Shown here in pieces: positions 26,669 to 40,760 of a stretch of 64,000 nucleotides of DNA; positions within the stretch are counted from its first letter, which is position 1, and each line of letters opens with the position of its first letter. The position numbers were made by a program, and so were the translations under genes. The notes beneath the pieces were generated by a model. It was given only the letters and a program-made list of their open reading frames with translations, did not search any database and was not told where the DNA came from. The DNA is taken from positions 101,308,001-101,372,000 of the forward strand of contig OX597819.1 of assembly GCA_951406725.2 (NCBI GenBank), given 5' to 3'. The stretch is from Octopus vulgaris (Eukaryota).

Positions 26669-27894
26669 TCTTTCTCTCTCTATTGTACACAAACTTCTAC
26701 CGTTCCTTTCCACAGTGTGTCAGTGTTTTTACACCACAGTAATCTACTACTAATATTTTTAACGCAATAGAAAGATGTACATATTTCCTCTCTGTCTAAC
26801 CATACGTCAGTGTATCTATGCGCATGTCTATGAACGTTTTTTACAGCCCCGTGTCAAGTCTAATCTAATCTTTGGTCTACTCGGATAACGTGCTTCATAA
26901 GAACTTAGCTTTAAAGAAATAAGATTAATATAGCAATGTGATCGATATTATTCGTAATAATGAAATAGATAAAAATCATTATTTTAGATTTTTTCATGCT
27001 GAATGCTATTGTTGTAATCTCCAAAGGGCTACGATACCAAACAAAAAGTTGAGAACTGCTATCTAATGTATTCAGGACTTTGTTATTCAAGATACACATG
27101 TCCACTTCAGTTTATAAATGATAGGGTGATATGGAGTGAAAGGGAAAAAAATTTAGTTTTTTATTTGCTTTAGGTCCAGAGACAGCATCGTAGTCTCGTT
27201 TCAGTGATACTCCACAGATTGCCTACTGTATGTGTGCTACTCGGTAAGTATGCATGCGTGTGTATGCTTAAGTGCGTCTGTGTCTAATTACGGTGAAAAT
27301 TAGCAACCAAACCTTAAAATCACTTTGAAGAATGATTTTCGATAATTCTATAAATATAGTTAACACAGATAAATGTCACGGCAAGAGTTGTCTTTCATCT
27401 TATCTGCGAGATAAGAATTGACTCAGGGTTAAACAACAACAAGAGAAACAGTTTTCATTTGACCAACTAATACTTCATTCCAAATATATGTGTGGTTCCA
27501 AGTCACATGGCTTCTAGTTCAGTTCTACTCCATGAATCCTTGCGCAAGTCATCTACCATAGACCCGATTTGATCAAAGCAATGCGGTTGTTTTCTTTTGT
27601 AAACGAAAAGCGAAAGAAACCCCCATTTATGCGTGTATGTGTGTGCATGCATTTGAGTGTCATTGTGTGTATCTGTGTGTGTGCATGTTTGTGTGTGTGT
27701 GTTGGCCGTAAACGTGGAGCATCCTGTATTGGGAACACAACCAAGAAATTGCACGTTCGAATAAAAGTTGTGCGCGCAGACACTTCTATCATAGAAGCTC
27801 TAAATGTGTAGCAGGAGCTCAAGATATCGATCAGGGCGACAAACGCAACAGGAGTAATCTAAGGAACACAGTGGCCCACCTTATTCTTTTCTGC

Positions 27895-28282
27895 TCAAGG
27901 AACAAGGCCTGAAATTTTGGGGAGGGGTCCAGTCGATTAGATCGATCCCAGTACACAAATGGTACTTAATTTATCGACCCCGAAAGGATAAAAAGCAAAG
28001 TCGACTTCGGTGGAATTTGAACTCAGAACTAAAAGACAGACGGCATACCTGTTTCTTTACTACCCACAAGGGGCTAAACACAGAGGGGACAAACAAGGAC
28101 AGACACACGGATTAATTCGATTATATCGACCTCAGTGCGTAACTGGTACTTAATTTATCGACCCCGAAAGGATTAAAGGCAAAGTCGACCTCGGCGGAAT
28201 TTGAACTCAGAACGTAACGGCAGTCGAAATACGGCTACGCATTTCGCCCGGCGTGCTAACGATTCTGCCAGCCCGCCGCCTT
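27895..28282 (-). mobile_element. SINE family D dimer with two different tails
   Basis: Full unit 28045-28282 followed by a second body 27895-28045 ending aaaatttcaggccttg. Confidence 0.9.
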
Positions 28283-28709
28283 AGAGGCCCACCTTATAAA
28301 CAAACAAAGAGCAGCTATTAGCAACAGGAAGGAACCCCATGAAATACACTGATTGCTTTAGCAACAACAGTCTGTGCATATCACCTTCGTCTTTCCTCCT
28401 TCCTCGCCACACATTTGAGTCACAACATTTTCCAAATGTCCCGAAGAAGAGGACATAGCCCCGAAATGTAGAAATACAGTACAACTATTTTGTTTTGCTT
28501 CTTTTCCATTATTTCGTTTACTTTATATCTCCTTGCTTTGTCCCTGATTTCAAGTACAAATATCTTTAAAGGACCATCACGCAAATACTTCACCAAAAAT
28601 GTCCCATTTTCATATGTAGATATATATGTTTGTATGAATGCATGAATATATGTGATTATTTATGTATATATATATATGTATATATATATATACATATACA
28701 TATATATAT

Positions 28710-28850
28710 ACGACGGGGTTCTTTCGGTTTCCACCAAACAAATCCACTCACAAGGCTTTGGTCGGCTCGAGGCTATAGTAGAAGACGGTGGACTGAACCC
28801 GGAAACATGTGGTTGGTACAAGCTACTTGTGACATTACCACTCCTAGTGT
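28710..28850 (-). mobile_element. SINE family C head with internal deletion
   Basis: aatccactcacaaggctttggtcggctcgaggctatagtagaagac. Confidence 0.8.
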
Positions 28851-28855
28851 CATAT

Positions 28856-28886
<31 letters not shown>

Positions 28887-29277
28887 ATGTGTGTGTGTAT
28901 GTGTGTGTGTGTGTGTGCATGTGTGTATAAATATATAATATGACATTTATATAAAACTTTTTAATTGAGTAGGATCATTCTGAATTCTTGAGATTTGAAT
29001 GAAAGTGATTGTAATATTGCATATGAAAGACATATGCATAATCGAAACAATCATATATTTGATAATAGGGATATCTGATTAATTGCCAAGTTTAGGGGAT
29101 ATTGCCAAAGATATTTGATATAATTCCAACGGTATCATATTTGTTATGAAAGGTTTTTGTTGAGCCAAATAAAAAGATGGTGTGGTTAAATTTCCATTAT
29201 TGTAGCCAAGGGAAATGGTTTCCTGCCAAGGTTATTAGACTTGATGTGAAGTATATTTCTACCGAATTTGTGTGTGA

Positions 29278-29346
<69 letters not shown>

Positions 29347-29405
29347 GTATAGAGAATTACATAGACAAACAGGTACGTAAATGGATATATATTTGTGTGT
29401 ATATA

Positions 29406-29444
<39 letters not shown>

Positions 29445-29517
29445 ACATATATAAATACACATACATATATATGCATATATATATATATGTATACATATAT
29501 ATATGTCTATCTATATG

Positions 29518-29549
<32 letters not shown>

Positions 29550-29737
29550 CATATATATGTATATATATATATACATATATATGTAGAAAAAAGAACATAT
29601 TAATACAGATATTTATACATAGATTCTTGTGTATATATATTTATATATAAATATGTATGTATGTATATATGAATATATATATATATATATGTATATATGT
29701 ATATATGTATATGTGTGTGTATGTGTGTGTGTGTGCG

Positions 29738-29990
29738 TGTAGAGGTGCGTGATTTAGTGGTTAGGGTGTCAGCACCATGATCATAAGATTGTGGTTTCGA
29801 TTCCTTGACCGGGTGACCCGTTGCGTTCTTGAGCAAAACACTTCATTTCACGTTGCTCCAGTCCACTCAGCTGGCAAAAATGAGTAACGCTTCGATGGAC
29901 TGGCTTCCCGTCCAGCTGCGAAACACATACGTCATAGAAACCGGGAAACCGGGCCCATGAACCTGGATAAGATTTAAAAGGGCGCATTTA
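29738..29990 (+). mobile_element. SINE family B, full
   Basis: Colinear with 11955-12205. Confidence 0.9.
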
Positions 29991-29994
29991 TGTT

Positions 29995-30412
29995 GAAATG
30001 TGAACACAAAGGGAATAAAACAAGTTTTAGATAAATCGGGCCACGGACTCCCAAGATACGCAGTTTGTTTCCGGTACCTTTATAGATAACAAAACCGGAG
30101 CGTATTGGAAAAAATGCTTTGAAAGTGAGGAACCATTGAAATGTGAATACAAACAGAATGAAATAAGTTTCGAGTGAATCGGACCACGGGTTTCCTAGAT
30201 ACTTGAATTGGTGGCGGGGCAGGGGTACCTTTATAAATAGCCGAGCCGGCACATAATGGTAAAATACTCTGAAAGTAAGGTGTCATTGGAATGTGAATAC
30301 AAACGAAATAAAACAAGTGTTGCATAAATTGGACCACGGGTTCCTGAGATATGTGCTTCTTTTTCGGGTACATTGAATTATTGGTAATTCAATGGGTCAC
30401 TTTTAGTCTAGT
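29995..30412 (+). mobile_element. Degenerate ~145-150-bp tandem trimer ending in hairpin + CTAG (non-autonomous Helitron-like)
   Basis: Unit gaaatgtgaatacaaac...aatcggaccacggg.tcc.agata x3; hairpin cattgaatta-ttgg-taattcaatg 30371-30394; CTAG 30408-30411. Confidence 0.55.
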
Positions 30413-30853
30413 ATACTACTAAAACTCTATAACAGCTTGCTTGTGTGTATGTTTATCTGTAATTTAATACAGCCAAAATGGCGCCTAATGGGGAAATACT
30501 CCGAAAGTAACTTAACCCTGAAATGGAAATATATAATACTGTGAAAATTGTTTCCATTAATTTTATTTTTACGTTATATCACCATTCCTTTAACATTTTT
30601 GCAGAAAAGTGCACACATGCCATAGATAAATGCTATTACTGGTGTTCGAGTTTATCCCGGAAGTTCTATTTCTATTAGATGTTGTAAATAATCAACAAAA
30701 CCTTTACCATGAACTTGTAACCAGACTTATGATGACAAGAACGAACTGAAATATTTAACTGAATCATCACATAATTAAACTTCATTACAATGCAATGATG
30801 AAATCAGCTTCAATGTTATATAAACTTAACCGACGGGTCACGGATAGTCTAGT
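30413..30853 (+). mobile_element. Second Helitron-like non-autonomous unit
   Basis: Starts atactactaaaac..gtgtgtatg; ends gggtcacggatagtctagt, matching gggtcacttttagtctagt of the preceding unit. Confidence 0.5.
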
Positions 30854-30855
30854 GA

Positions 30856-30894
<39 letters not shown>

Positions 30895-31370
30895 TTATAC
30901 ACACACACACACGCACATACACACATATACAGAGAAAAAGAGAGGGGAGGAGAGAGAGAGATGTTCGTAAAAATCGCTGACAACGATGGAGTAAGAATAA
31001 CATGCTGGCACGCTCATGGAGAGTCAGGTAAATTATGACGTATGTTTTAACTATCTGTTGTTTTTGTGGTTGTGAAAGTGTTACTGAGGTAGGTCATTAG
31101 ATGATAACATATTTGATCCTTATGCATGTCCATGTATGTATAAACTTTGTCGGTGACGAAATCGAATGATAAATCTGTTAGCTGTACGCAACGTAAATGT
31201 CCTCATAAGACACCGATTACACAAAAATTTGAAGGACGAAGAATATAACGGAGTACTTAAGAAACAATGATCTCTGAAGAACATGGATAAATTACCAAGA
31301 ATCAGAAAGTGAGTGAGACTGCTGAAGGTGAACAATGCTGCGCAAAATCGCAGGAAGTACAAGATATACA

Positions 31371-31432
<62 letters not shown>

Positions 31433-31436
<4 letters not shown>

Positions 31437-31685
31437 CCGAACATGAAAACACAAAGAGAAAACACAACAACGCGAGGACGTGGAACAAGTATAGTATTTT
31501 TGGACGCTCAGGAAAGAAGGAAAGAAGGAGGGTTCAACATTTCGAGCGGAGCTCTTCGTCAGAAACATAGAAAAATGAAAGATCCAAAGAAGGGAAGACG
31601 GAGGAAAGAAATCGCCAACGGTACACACGCGGTCACACTTTGAATTTTGAAGTAGACAGAGTTGGAATTCCTTTGAATAATATGT
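31433..31685 (-). mobile_element. Penelope-type pseudo-LTR next to (TA)n with hammerhead motif (31532-31566)
   Basis: RNA GUUU-CUGACGA-AGAGC UCC GCUC-GAAAU GUU-GAAC. Confidence 0.6.
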
Positions 31686-31701
31686 ATCCCTCTATACACA
31701 A

Positions 31702-31940
31702 TTAATGTAGAATATAGAATGTATAGTATAAATAGTATATATAGTAAAATGAAATGAAGTATTGGTTGTCTTATTGAATAGATGAAAGATTGAATATCAA
31801 ATAATAAGGGAGTAAAATTTGATATTTAGTCCCTTAATATTTGATATTCAATATTTCATCTATTCAATAAAATTATCAATACTTCATTTCATTTTACTAT
31901 GTATATTATTTATACTATATATTCTATATTCTACATTAAT
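31702..31940. repeat. AT-rich inverted repeat (~115-bp arms) bracketed by a 26-bp direct repeat
   Basis: attaatgtagaatatagaat...aagggagtaaa / tttagtccctt...attctatattctacattaat; agagttg(g/a)aattcctttgaataatat at 31658 and 31973. Confidence 0.9.
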
Positions 31941-31994
31941 ATTATAAATAAAATAAATAAAACATAAAAAATAGAGTTGAAATTCCTTTGAATA

Positions 31995-32036
<42 letters not shown>

Positions 32037-32429
32037 AATTATTTTTTGCAATATGAATTTTAGTTTGCTCTAAGCAATGACCGTTGTACGTTCTATCAAA
32101 TTTACCAGGAGTATTTGGTATTAATCCTGTTAGATTAAAAATATTATCTACTCAAGAGTAGACACTTTAATTATTATGTATTGAAGTATATTTAATCCGC
32201 TCAGAACGCGTACGAGCTTTCGTCTATATAAGAAATGAAATATTTTCTACATCTGTAATTTATATTACGTCTTGAGAACTTTCTTAATCTTTCTGCATCC
32301 ATCAATATTCTGACTTCGAGTTTGCATTCGAAAAATCATTTAAATGCGGCACGCTTTTAGTAAATAGAGAAATTATTGCTGTCCTATAACAAGAATTACT
32401 ATTATAGTAGTTGTGGTTTTTCCTATTGT

Positions 32430-32431
32430 TT

Positions 32432-32505
<74 letters not shown>

Positions 32506-32542
32506 AATGATGGTGGTGTTGGCGGTGATGATGATGACTATA

Positions 32543-32575
<33 letters not shown>

Positions 32576-32625
32576 ATAGTAGTGGTGGTGGTGGTGATGA
32601 TGATGATGATGATATTGTCATCATT
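32430..32625. repeat. (GTT)n/(GAT)n/(GGT)n compound microsatellite
   Basis: Directly visible. Confidence 0.95.
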
Positions 32626-33337
32626 ATTTGTTTGTTATTGTTCTCGTTGTTATTATCATTGTATCTCGGGCGTTGTGTCTATAATACAAAGGATTATTAT
32701 CATTGTGGCTCCCTTTGATCGATGTAAACCTCATCTGATTTTTCTGTGTTGCATCTTGTTTTTTGACTCTTTCGTCCATGTCATGGACCATTGTGACCAA
32801 CGAAAGAAATCATTATCATTGTTGTTGTTGCTGTTGCTGTTGCTGCTATTGTTGTTGTTCATAAGGCGGTGAACTGGAAGGATCTTCATCGCGCCGGACA
32901 AAATGTTTAGCGGGATTATGTCCGTCTTTGCGCCGTGAATTCGATTCCTGTTTTGTGGTTATTTGTATTAATTTTCCTTCCTATTGAAGTAGGTATTTTT
33001 GCATTCCTATGGCGGTTATTTTATAATAGTTTTCCAGCTGTATAAGGCCTCTACCACCTTCTATGCGTTGTATATATATATATAGCCTATCTATGTCAGA
33101 TTTTGGGTGGTGCATCTTAGATCCTGCCATTATTTTTCTTGTTTTCTATTTTGGTTACTTCATTTAGTGTCCAGTTAAGGGTACTGTAGCTGTAACTTAT
33201 AACTGGGACGGCTAAAGTGTTAATACCTATTATCTTGTTTTTAGCATTGAGCTCTGTTTTCAGTATTGATCTAACTCGTCTATAGTATTGTTTCTTCTTC
33301 TTCTTCTTCTTCTTCTTCTTCTTCTTCTTCTTCTTCC

Positions 33338-33398
<61 letters not shown>

Positions 33399-33399
33399 T

Positions 33400-33830
33400 G
33401 GAAAGCGGATCTGGCTGAATTGTTAACACACCGAGCGAAATGCTTAGCGGTATTTCATCCGTCTTCATGTTCTGAGTCCAAATTCCGCTGCGGTCGACTT
33501 TTCCTTTCGTACTTTCACTGTCGATAAAATAAGGAACAGTTCAGTACTGGGGTTAATTCATTCGACTTCCCCCCTATCCCGAAATTGTTGGCCTGGTGTC
33601 AAAATTTGAAATTATTATCATTAGTATTATTGGGTAGATTAGCTGGCTCATTCGTTTACGCGCTGAGGAAAATACTTTCCGGCAATTCATCTGCTTTTAC
33701 ATAGTGGATTGAAATGCCGCCGAGGTCTAATCAATCCTCCTACCTTTTGAGGTCGATAAAATAATATGACTTGATTTCTGCGATCAATAAAATCCCTCAA
33801 AATTTCAGGCATTGTGCCTAAAATAGAAAT
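33400..33830 (+). mobile_element. Two degenerate SINE family D copies
   Basis: gcgaaatgcttagcggtatttc...aaattccgc; gaaatgccgccgaggtc...gtcgataaaat. Confidence 0.7.
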
Positions 33831-33849
33831 CATTATTGTCATTATTATT

Positions 33850-34305
33850 GAGTGAGATAACAGCACTCGCCATCAAAAACCGACCTTACGATATAGATGT
33901 ACGAAGTCCAATATACCCATCATGACTACTCATCTAATAAGAGTATACCGGGTACATTAATCGCAAACATATGAGCTCTATATCGTGATTCCATTCCAAG
34001 GTAAACAATGCACGATCTTGCTACTCGGTCTAGTTAGAATTTCCTTCAGTCGTGTAGCTCATCCCGGTCGACAGATTCATGAATAAGGGTTATTTAAGGA
34101 TGATGAACGAAACATCCATGTCCTCAAGGGCGAAATATTCAAACACACCAAATTCTTCTATACATGGCTATGACGCTCACCCATTAAAGTATCTTGGACA
34201 TACATATTTTCAGCCAATAAGGAACATGCTCAACTGGTTAAAGTCAAGCAACAGACAAGCAACTCGGCTATAATGAGCCGAATATTTGCTGTACGACATC
34301 TTTTG
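33850..34305 (-). mobile_element. Diverged copy of the ~555-bp (AAT)n-embedded repeat
   Basis: atacccatcatgactac, catgctcaactggttaaagtcaagcaac and gaatatttgctgta match the reverse complement of 23706-24260. Confidence 0.8.
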
Positions 34306-34431
34306 CGAAAAAACATAAGTGAAGATCGATGAACTAAGTCCCATTTGTACACTGGAGTCGATGTAATCGACTTTACCTCACGCCTGAACTTGCTGGTCAT
34401 GCGCCAATATCTGAAATTATTATTATTATTA

Positions 34432-34499
<68 letters not shown>

Positions 34500-34502
<3 letters not shown>

Positions 34503-34851
34503 TAGTTTTATTTTTATAGTTTTATTTTTATAGCGTGCTTTCACTTCACTACCGAGCGCAGCTCTGTGTGCCTTGGGTATGTGCTGTGATTTGTTGTGAT
34601 GCTCTGATGGTTATTGTATGGAAAGTGTTCTGCGTAGGATGTGTGCAGTGCCTAGTAGTGCAATTTTCTGTATGTTATATGTGTTTGTAAGTCCTGGTGT
34701 TTTTGTTATGTATTTGTCTGAATATTTTTTTTTATCATGCCTAATGCACCTACTATGATAGGAATTGTTTCTGTTTTCAGATTCCACATTCTAGTTACCT
34801 CTATTTCCAGGTCTTTGTATTTTGAGAGTTTCTCCATTTCTTTTAGAGACA
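34500..34851 (-). mobile_element. R4/Dong-clade LINE 3' end inserted in (TAA)n
   Basis: VSLKEMEKLSKYKDLEIEVTRMWNLKTETIPIIVGALGMIKK..PGLTNTYNIQKIALLGTAHILRRTL*; (TAA)n on both sides. Confidence 0.9.
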
Positions 34852-34875
34852 CTATTATTATTATCATTATTATTA

Positions 34876-34930
<55 letters not shown>

Positions 34931-35464
34931 CATTATTATTATTATTATTATTATTGCTTATTGGCGGTATCATTAATGACCCTACACCTACCTCCCTCAA
35001 ACTACTTATTCCACTTACAACTATATCAATGTATTTCGCAGATGAATGGAAGTATTTTATCAAAAGTAATGAAGTAATATAATGATTAGCATTATAATTA
35101 TTTCTACAGTAGCTTCATTATATAAGAGAATTCCAGATGCTTCGCGATATTTTAGATTCAGATACTTGGAAAGGTTAAGGCTGCTACTATTTTTGTAATA
35201 GCACATAATGCCGTATTGCTGCCAGTGCTTAATATAGGAACTCTATCGTCAAAACATTGGGTTCTCTAAGAGGTCAATTCATCTGCTAAATAGAGCAACC
35301 ATGTTTTCTTTGGCATGACATACTTTCTAGGAAATGACGGGCTTATTTCGACTGGAATGCTTTCAAATATTGTTCAGTGTCAATGTTGAAAGGACGTGTA
35401 AAACAACAGCAGGAGCAACGAAACAATTAAAGTTATAATATCAATAATGATATCACTTCTACTG

Positions 35465-35662
35465 AATGCAAAAGGCCTGAAATTTTGGGGGAGGCGACTA
35501 GTCGCTTACATCGACGCCACTGCTCCCTTGTATTTAACTTATCGACCCCGAAAGGATGAAAGGCAGAGTGGACGTTGTCGGAATTTGAACTCAGAATGTA
35601 CAGACAGACGAAATGCAGCTAAGCAATTTGCTCGGCGTGCTAAGGACTCTGCTAGCTCACCA
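35465..35662 (-). mobile_element. SINE family D
   Basis: ttatcgaccccgaaaggatgaaaggc...ggaatttgaactcagaatg. Confidence 0.8.
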
Positions 35663-35734
35663 ATATCAACAGCCATCACCACAATAACAACAAGAACAAC
35701 TGCAAAAATCATCATTGCTAACCCAATCACATCG

Positions 35735-36097
35735 TTCTGGGTTCAGTCCCATTGCGTGGCACCTTGGGCAAGTGTATTCTACTATAGCCTCGGGCCGACT
35801 AAAGCATTGTGAGTGGATTTGGTAGACGGAAACTGAAAAGAAGCCCGTCGTATGTATGTATATGTATATATATATTCATGTGTTTGTGTGTCTGTGTTTG
35901 TCCCCCCACCCAACGTCGCTTGACAACAGATGCTTGTTTGTTTAGGTCCCCGTAACTTAGCGGTTCGGCAAAAGACACCGATAGAATAAGTACAAGGCTT
36001 CCAAAGAATAAGTCCTGGGCTAGATTTGCTCGACTAAAGGCGGTGCAACAGCATGGCCGCAGTCAAATGACTGAAACAAGTAAAAGAGTAAAAGAGA
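35735..36097 (+). mobile_element. SINE family C, nearly full
   Basis: gggttcagtcccattgcgtggcaccttgggcaagtg...gcatggccgcagtcaaatgactgaaacaag. Confidence 0.9.
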
Positions 36098-36137
36098 TAC
36101 GTATGTATGTATGTACGTACGTACGTATGTATATATA

Positions 36138-36194
<57 letters not shown>

Positions 36195-36264
36195 GCATAT
36201 ATTTATATGGTGGGTGAAAGAGGGGGAGATAGAAAGAATAGGAACATCAATATTTTACTGCGTT

Positions 36265-36757
36265 AAGGAAGCGAACTCGCAGAATCGTTAGCACCGTTTC
36301 GTAAGTTTTTACGTTCTGAGTTCAAATTCCACCTAGATCGACTTTGCCTTTCGTGGTCGATAAAATAAGTACCAGTTAAGTAATGAGAACGATAAAATCG
36401 ACTTATCCCGGTTGCTCGAAATTGCTGGCCTTGTATCAAAATTTGAAATCAATATCTCAGTAGGTTAAGGCAGCGAGCTGGCAGCATTGTGACTCAGAAT
36501 TTTTCAGCTCAGAAATGATAGACGGGACGAAATGCTTCAAAGCATTTTCACCGGCGTGCTACCGATTTTTCCAGATCACTACCTTGATAGTATTTTTTTT
36601 GTATTTGAAGGATAAGGCCTGCAATTTTGTTGAGATGGATTCAGTCAATTACATCGACTGGTGATTCGGCAGAATATGAACTCAAAGCGAAAAGACAAAC
36701 GAAATAACGCTGGGCATGTTGTCTCGCGTGATAACGTTTTTGCCAGTTCACCGCCTT
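36265..36757. mobile_element. Cluster of family-D fragments in alternating orientation
   Basis: Plus copy 36265-36450, short plus head ~36467, minus copies ~36490-36590 and 36610-36757. Confidence 0.65.
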
Positions 36758-36779
36758 ATTAGGGAAACTGGAACATAAT

Positions 36780-37165
36780 AAAACATAAAGAACATATTGA
36801 TTGCCACCTTTCAGAATGAAGGAAGAACATTTGAGTGCCACCTTTGAGCAAGAAGGAATAACATCTTGAGTGCCACTCTGAGATGGGGTCAAACCAACAG
36901 CATAGACATGATAGAAATTACTTAAATAATCTTATCAAAAAACGCACATAATGTTGGCATAAATTTGAAGCAAAATACGTTATTTTGTGCTCTAATCTAA
37001 ATCCCGTCACAGTGAAAACTTCAATGAAATGTAAGCATAATAGATCTGACATTGTGATTTAGGACGGAGAAAAGAAACTACGTACTTTAGTGGAAATCAG
37101 CTGCTAGTCAGATGTTAACATTGAGGAAAACGTCAGCGACAAAGAAAATACCAAGTAATTATCGG
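36780..37165 (+). pseudogene. Decayed R4-like LINE fragment (zinc knuckle / RLE region)
   Basis: KCKHNRSDIVI*DGEKKLRTLVEISC*SDVNIEENVSDKE resembles HNRPDIV...EISCP.DVNI. Confidence 0.65.
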
Positions 37166-37659
37166 AGCACGGGAATATGTAGCACACTGCATAAGTAGCA
37201 GTTAAATGTGTGTATACCTTTCTGTCTGTATTTATACACCTCAACCGCTTGAAAACCGGTGTTCGTATGTTTACGTCCCCGCAGCTTAACCAATAGAATA
37301 AGTATAGGCATTTTAAAGGCATTTGGATAGATTCGTTCGACTAAATTTCTTGAAATTGTATCATTTATACATAAATAAGTAAATAAATAAATATATATAT
37401 AAATGAGTATGTATATCAGGTGGTGCTATTAAGTACCAGGTGGTGCTATTAAGTTAGACATGGCCTGGGCCAATAATGGCCGAAACCTATCAAAGTATCA
37501 AAGTATCAAAGTATAAATAAGTATATATATATATATATATATATATTGACGTATGTATTTCTGTGGAGGTTTATGGTTATAAGCAGGTATAATTATATAA
37601 ATACACCTACATACACAGGCATATTTATACATACGTACGTGTGTGTGTGTTTATCTATG

Positions 37660-37925
37660 GGGTGAAAGTACGTGGCCTAGTGGTTAGGGCGTTGCACTCA
37701 CGAACGCTAGATCGTGGGCTCGATTTACAGACTGAACAGGACGTTGTATTCTTGAGCAAAACACCTCATTTCACGTTGCGCCCATCCACTCAGCTGTCAG
37801 TGGATAACATTGCGACGGATTAGCCTCCCAGTCAGGGAGAATGTTGGCCTGCTCACCAAGCCAGTGAGGTAGAATTATTCGAAGGATAAAACGCATTGTG
37901 ACCAGTGATGTATAGCAACATCCGA
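37660..37925 (+). mobile_element. SINE family B head and core with a different tail
   Basis: tggcctagtggttagggcg...ttcttgagcaaaacacctcatttcacgttgc; tail gggagaatgttggcctgc...cattgtgaccagtgatg unlike other B copies. Confidence 0.75.
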
Positions 37926-38769
37926 CAGGAAAAAATGTTGAAAATTTACTTAGTAATGCAATGATGTAGGGGAAATTTCATTGCACTTTACGAGTAATGT
38001 TTTACAAATGCGCATGATGAATGGTTTTTGATGATTTCTAAAGAAAATAATGAAACACAAATTATATCAATACCAGATCGAGTCAGTGTCTCTCCTCTCA
38101 CCTACGCAATAACGATAAATCTAACTGCAACATTTGACCCAAGACTAAGACTTGGATGAATATTTTAAATTTGATATATTTCTATAAAATATGTCAAGTA
38201 CTCTCTATTGCCTGAACTAAATAAATCAATATCTGTCAAAAAACGATGCTGAGTCAAATAAGGCGCTTTACGTTACTCCTCATATCACGTTGAACTAACG
38301 TACATATGGTTATCTTAATCAAAGTATAGTTAAAATACTACACAAATACCAAAGGTATGCTGGGGTAGACTTTATATATATTGTTGAATTACAAATATGA
38401 ATTCATTTGAATTGCACAGTTAACAGTAATAGTTTAATCCTTGAGATCATGAAATGCTCACATCGGTGGTACTGCTGGTATAGTCTTAGCATAGTACATC
38501 CTTGAAAGTTGTATTATTTGTTATACCGTTGTGACTTTCCGTGCCTTGAGAGCAGAAAAATAATATTTTTACCTTCACGTGGAGAGGCAATCAAACTGAA
38601 ACATACAACAAATTCGAAGACCACAGTGTGTTACATATCCCTGTGCTCCGATAATTACAGGTATAAATCTGAACTTGTTATTTGGGTAGTGTAAATTCAG
38701 ACTTTTCAATATATATATATATATGGGGGAGAGGCATGTGTGTGTATGTATATATGTATATCTACATAC

Positions 38770-39889
<1,120 letters not shown>

Positions 39890-39892
<3 letters not shown>

Positions 39893-40760
39893 TAATATAA
39901 TTCGAGACAAAACCAATATTTTAAAACCAAACAAGCAAAGACTTAATCAATACATAAAATTTTAATATAAATTAAATAAACCACCACTACAAATGTTTCA
40001 TGTCTGCTACCGACAATCTTCAGGTGGATTTTCGATCTAAAAATAGCAATATTTTAAAATATAATTTAAAATAATTTAAAATAATAAAACAATAAAATTA
40101 TCAATGAAAGAATGTAAAAAAATAAAAATATAATCTATATATAATCTATATATAATCAATATATAATCTAAAATAATCTAAAATAATCTAAAATAAACCC
40201 CATAAACAATTGAATATAAAAACCTATTATAAAAGTTCTCATATTTAAAAATGTACAAAAACCAAAAAACAACAAGCAAAAAACAAAAAACAAAAAACAA
40301 AAACCAAAACCTAAAAACAAAAAATAAACTATATATACACACACATGCTCATACACTCAACACATTACTTATTCATACTTCCTCACACACACATACAACA
40401 CTCAATTCATAAACAATATACATATACCCGCTCACACATACATATACATACACATACATACAGAACACGATATATACCAATATATAAATACCCACACCCA
40501 TACAGATAAATAAATTAAACATTTATCACAAACAATCACACACACACACACACATATATACACACCCACATACATAACCATATACACACTCACACATACA
40601 TATACATACGTACAAGTCCCGATACAAACAAACTTTAATAAAACGACCATGAAAAACGAAAACTCATATATATTAATATATATATAAAAGAGTGTGTATT
40701 GATTAAGTCTTTCCTTGTTTGGTTTTAAAATAGTGGTTTTGTCTCGAATTATATTATATA
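39890..40760. repeat. Third inverted repeat (~65-bp arms) enclosing an ~730-bp strand-biased spacer with a hammerhead
   Basis: ataattcgagacaaaacca.tattttaaaaccaaacaag.aaagacttaatcaataca vs tgtattgattaagtctttccttgtttggttttaaaatagtggttttgtctcgaattat (40695-40755). Confidence 0.9.
39984..40027 (-). ncRNA. Minimal type I hammerhead ribozyme
   Basis: CCAC-CUGAAGA-UUGUC GGUAGCA GACAU-GAAAC AUUU GUA-GUGG; intact core, U-U at the base of stem II. Confidence 0.75.
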
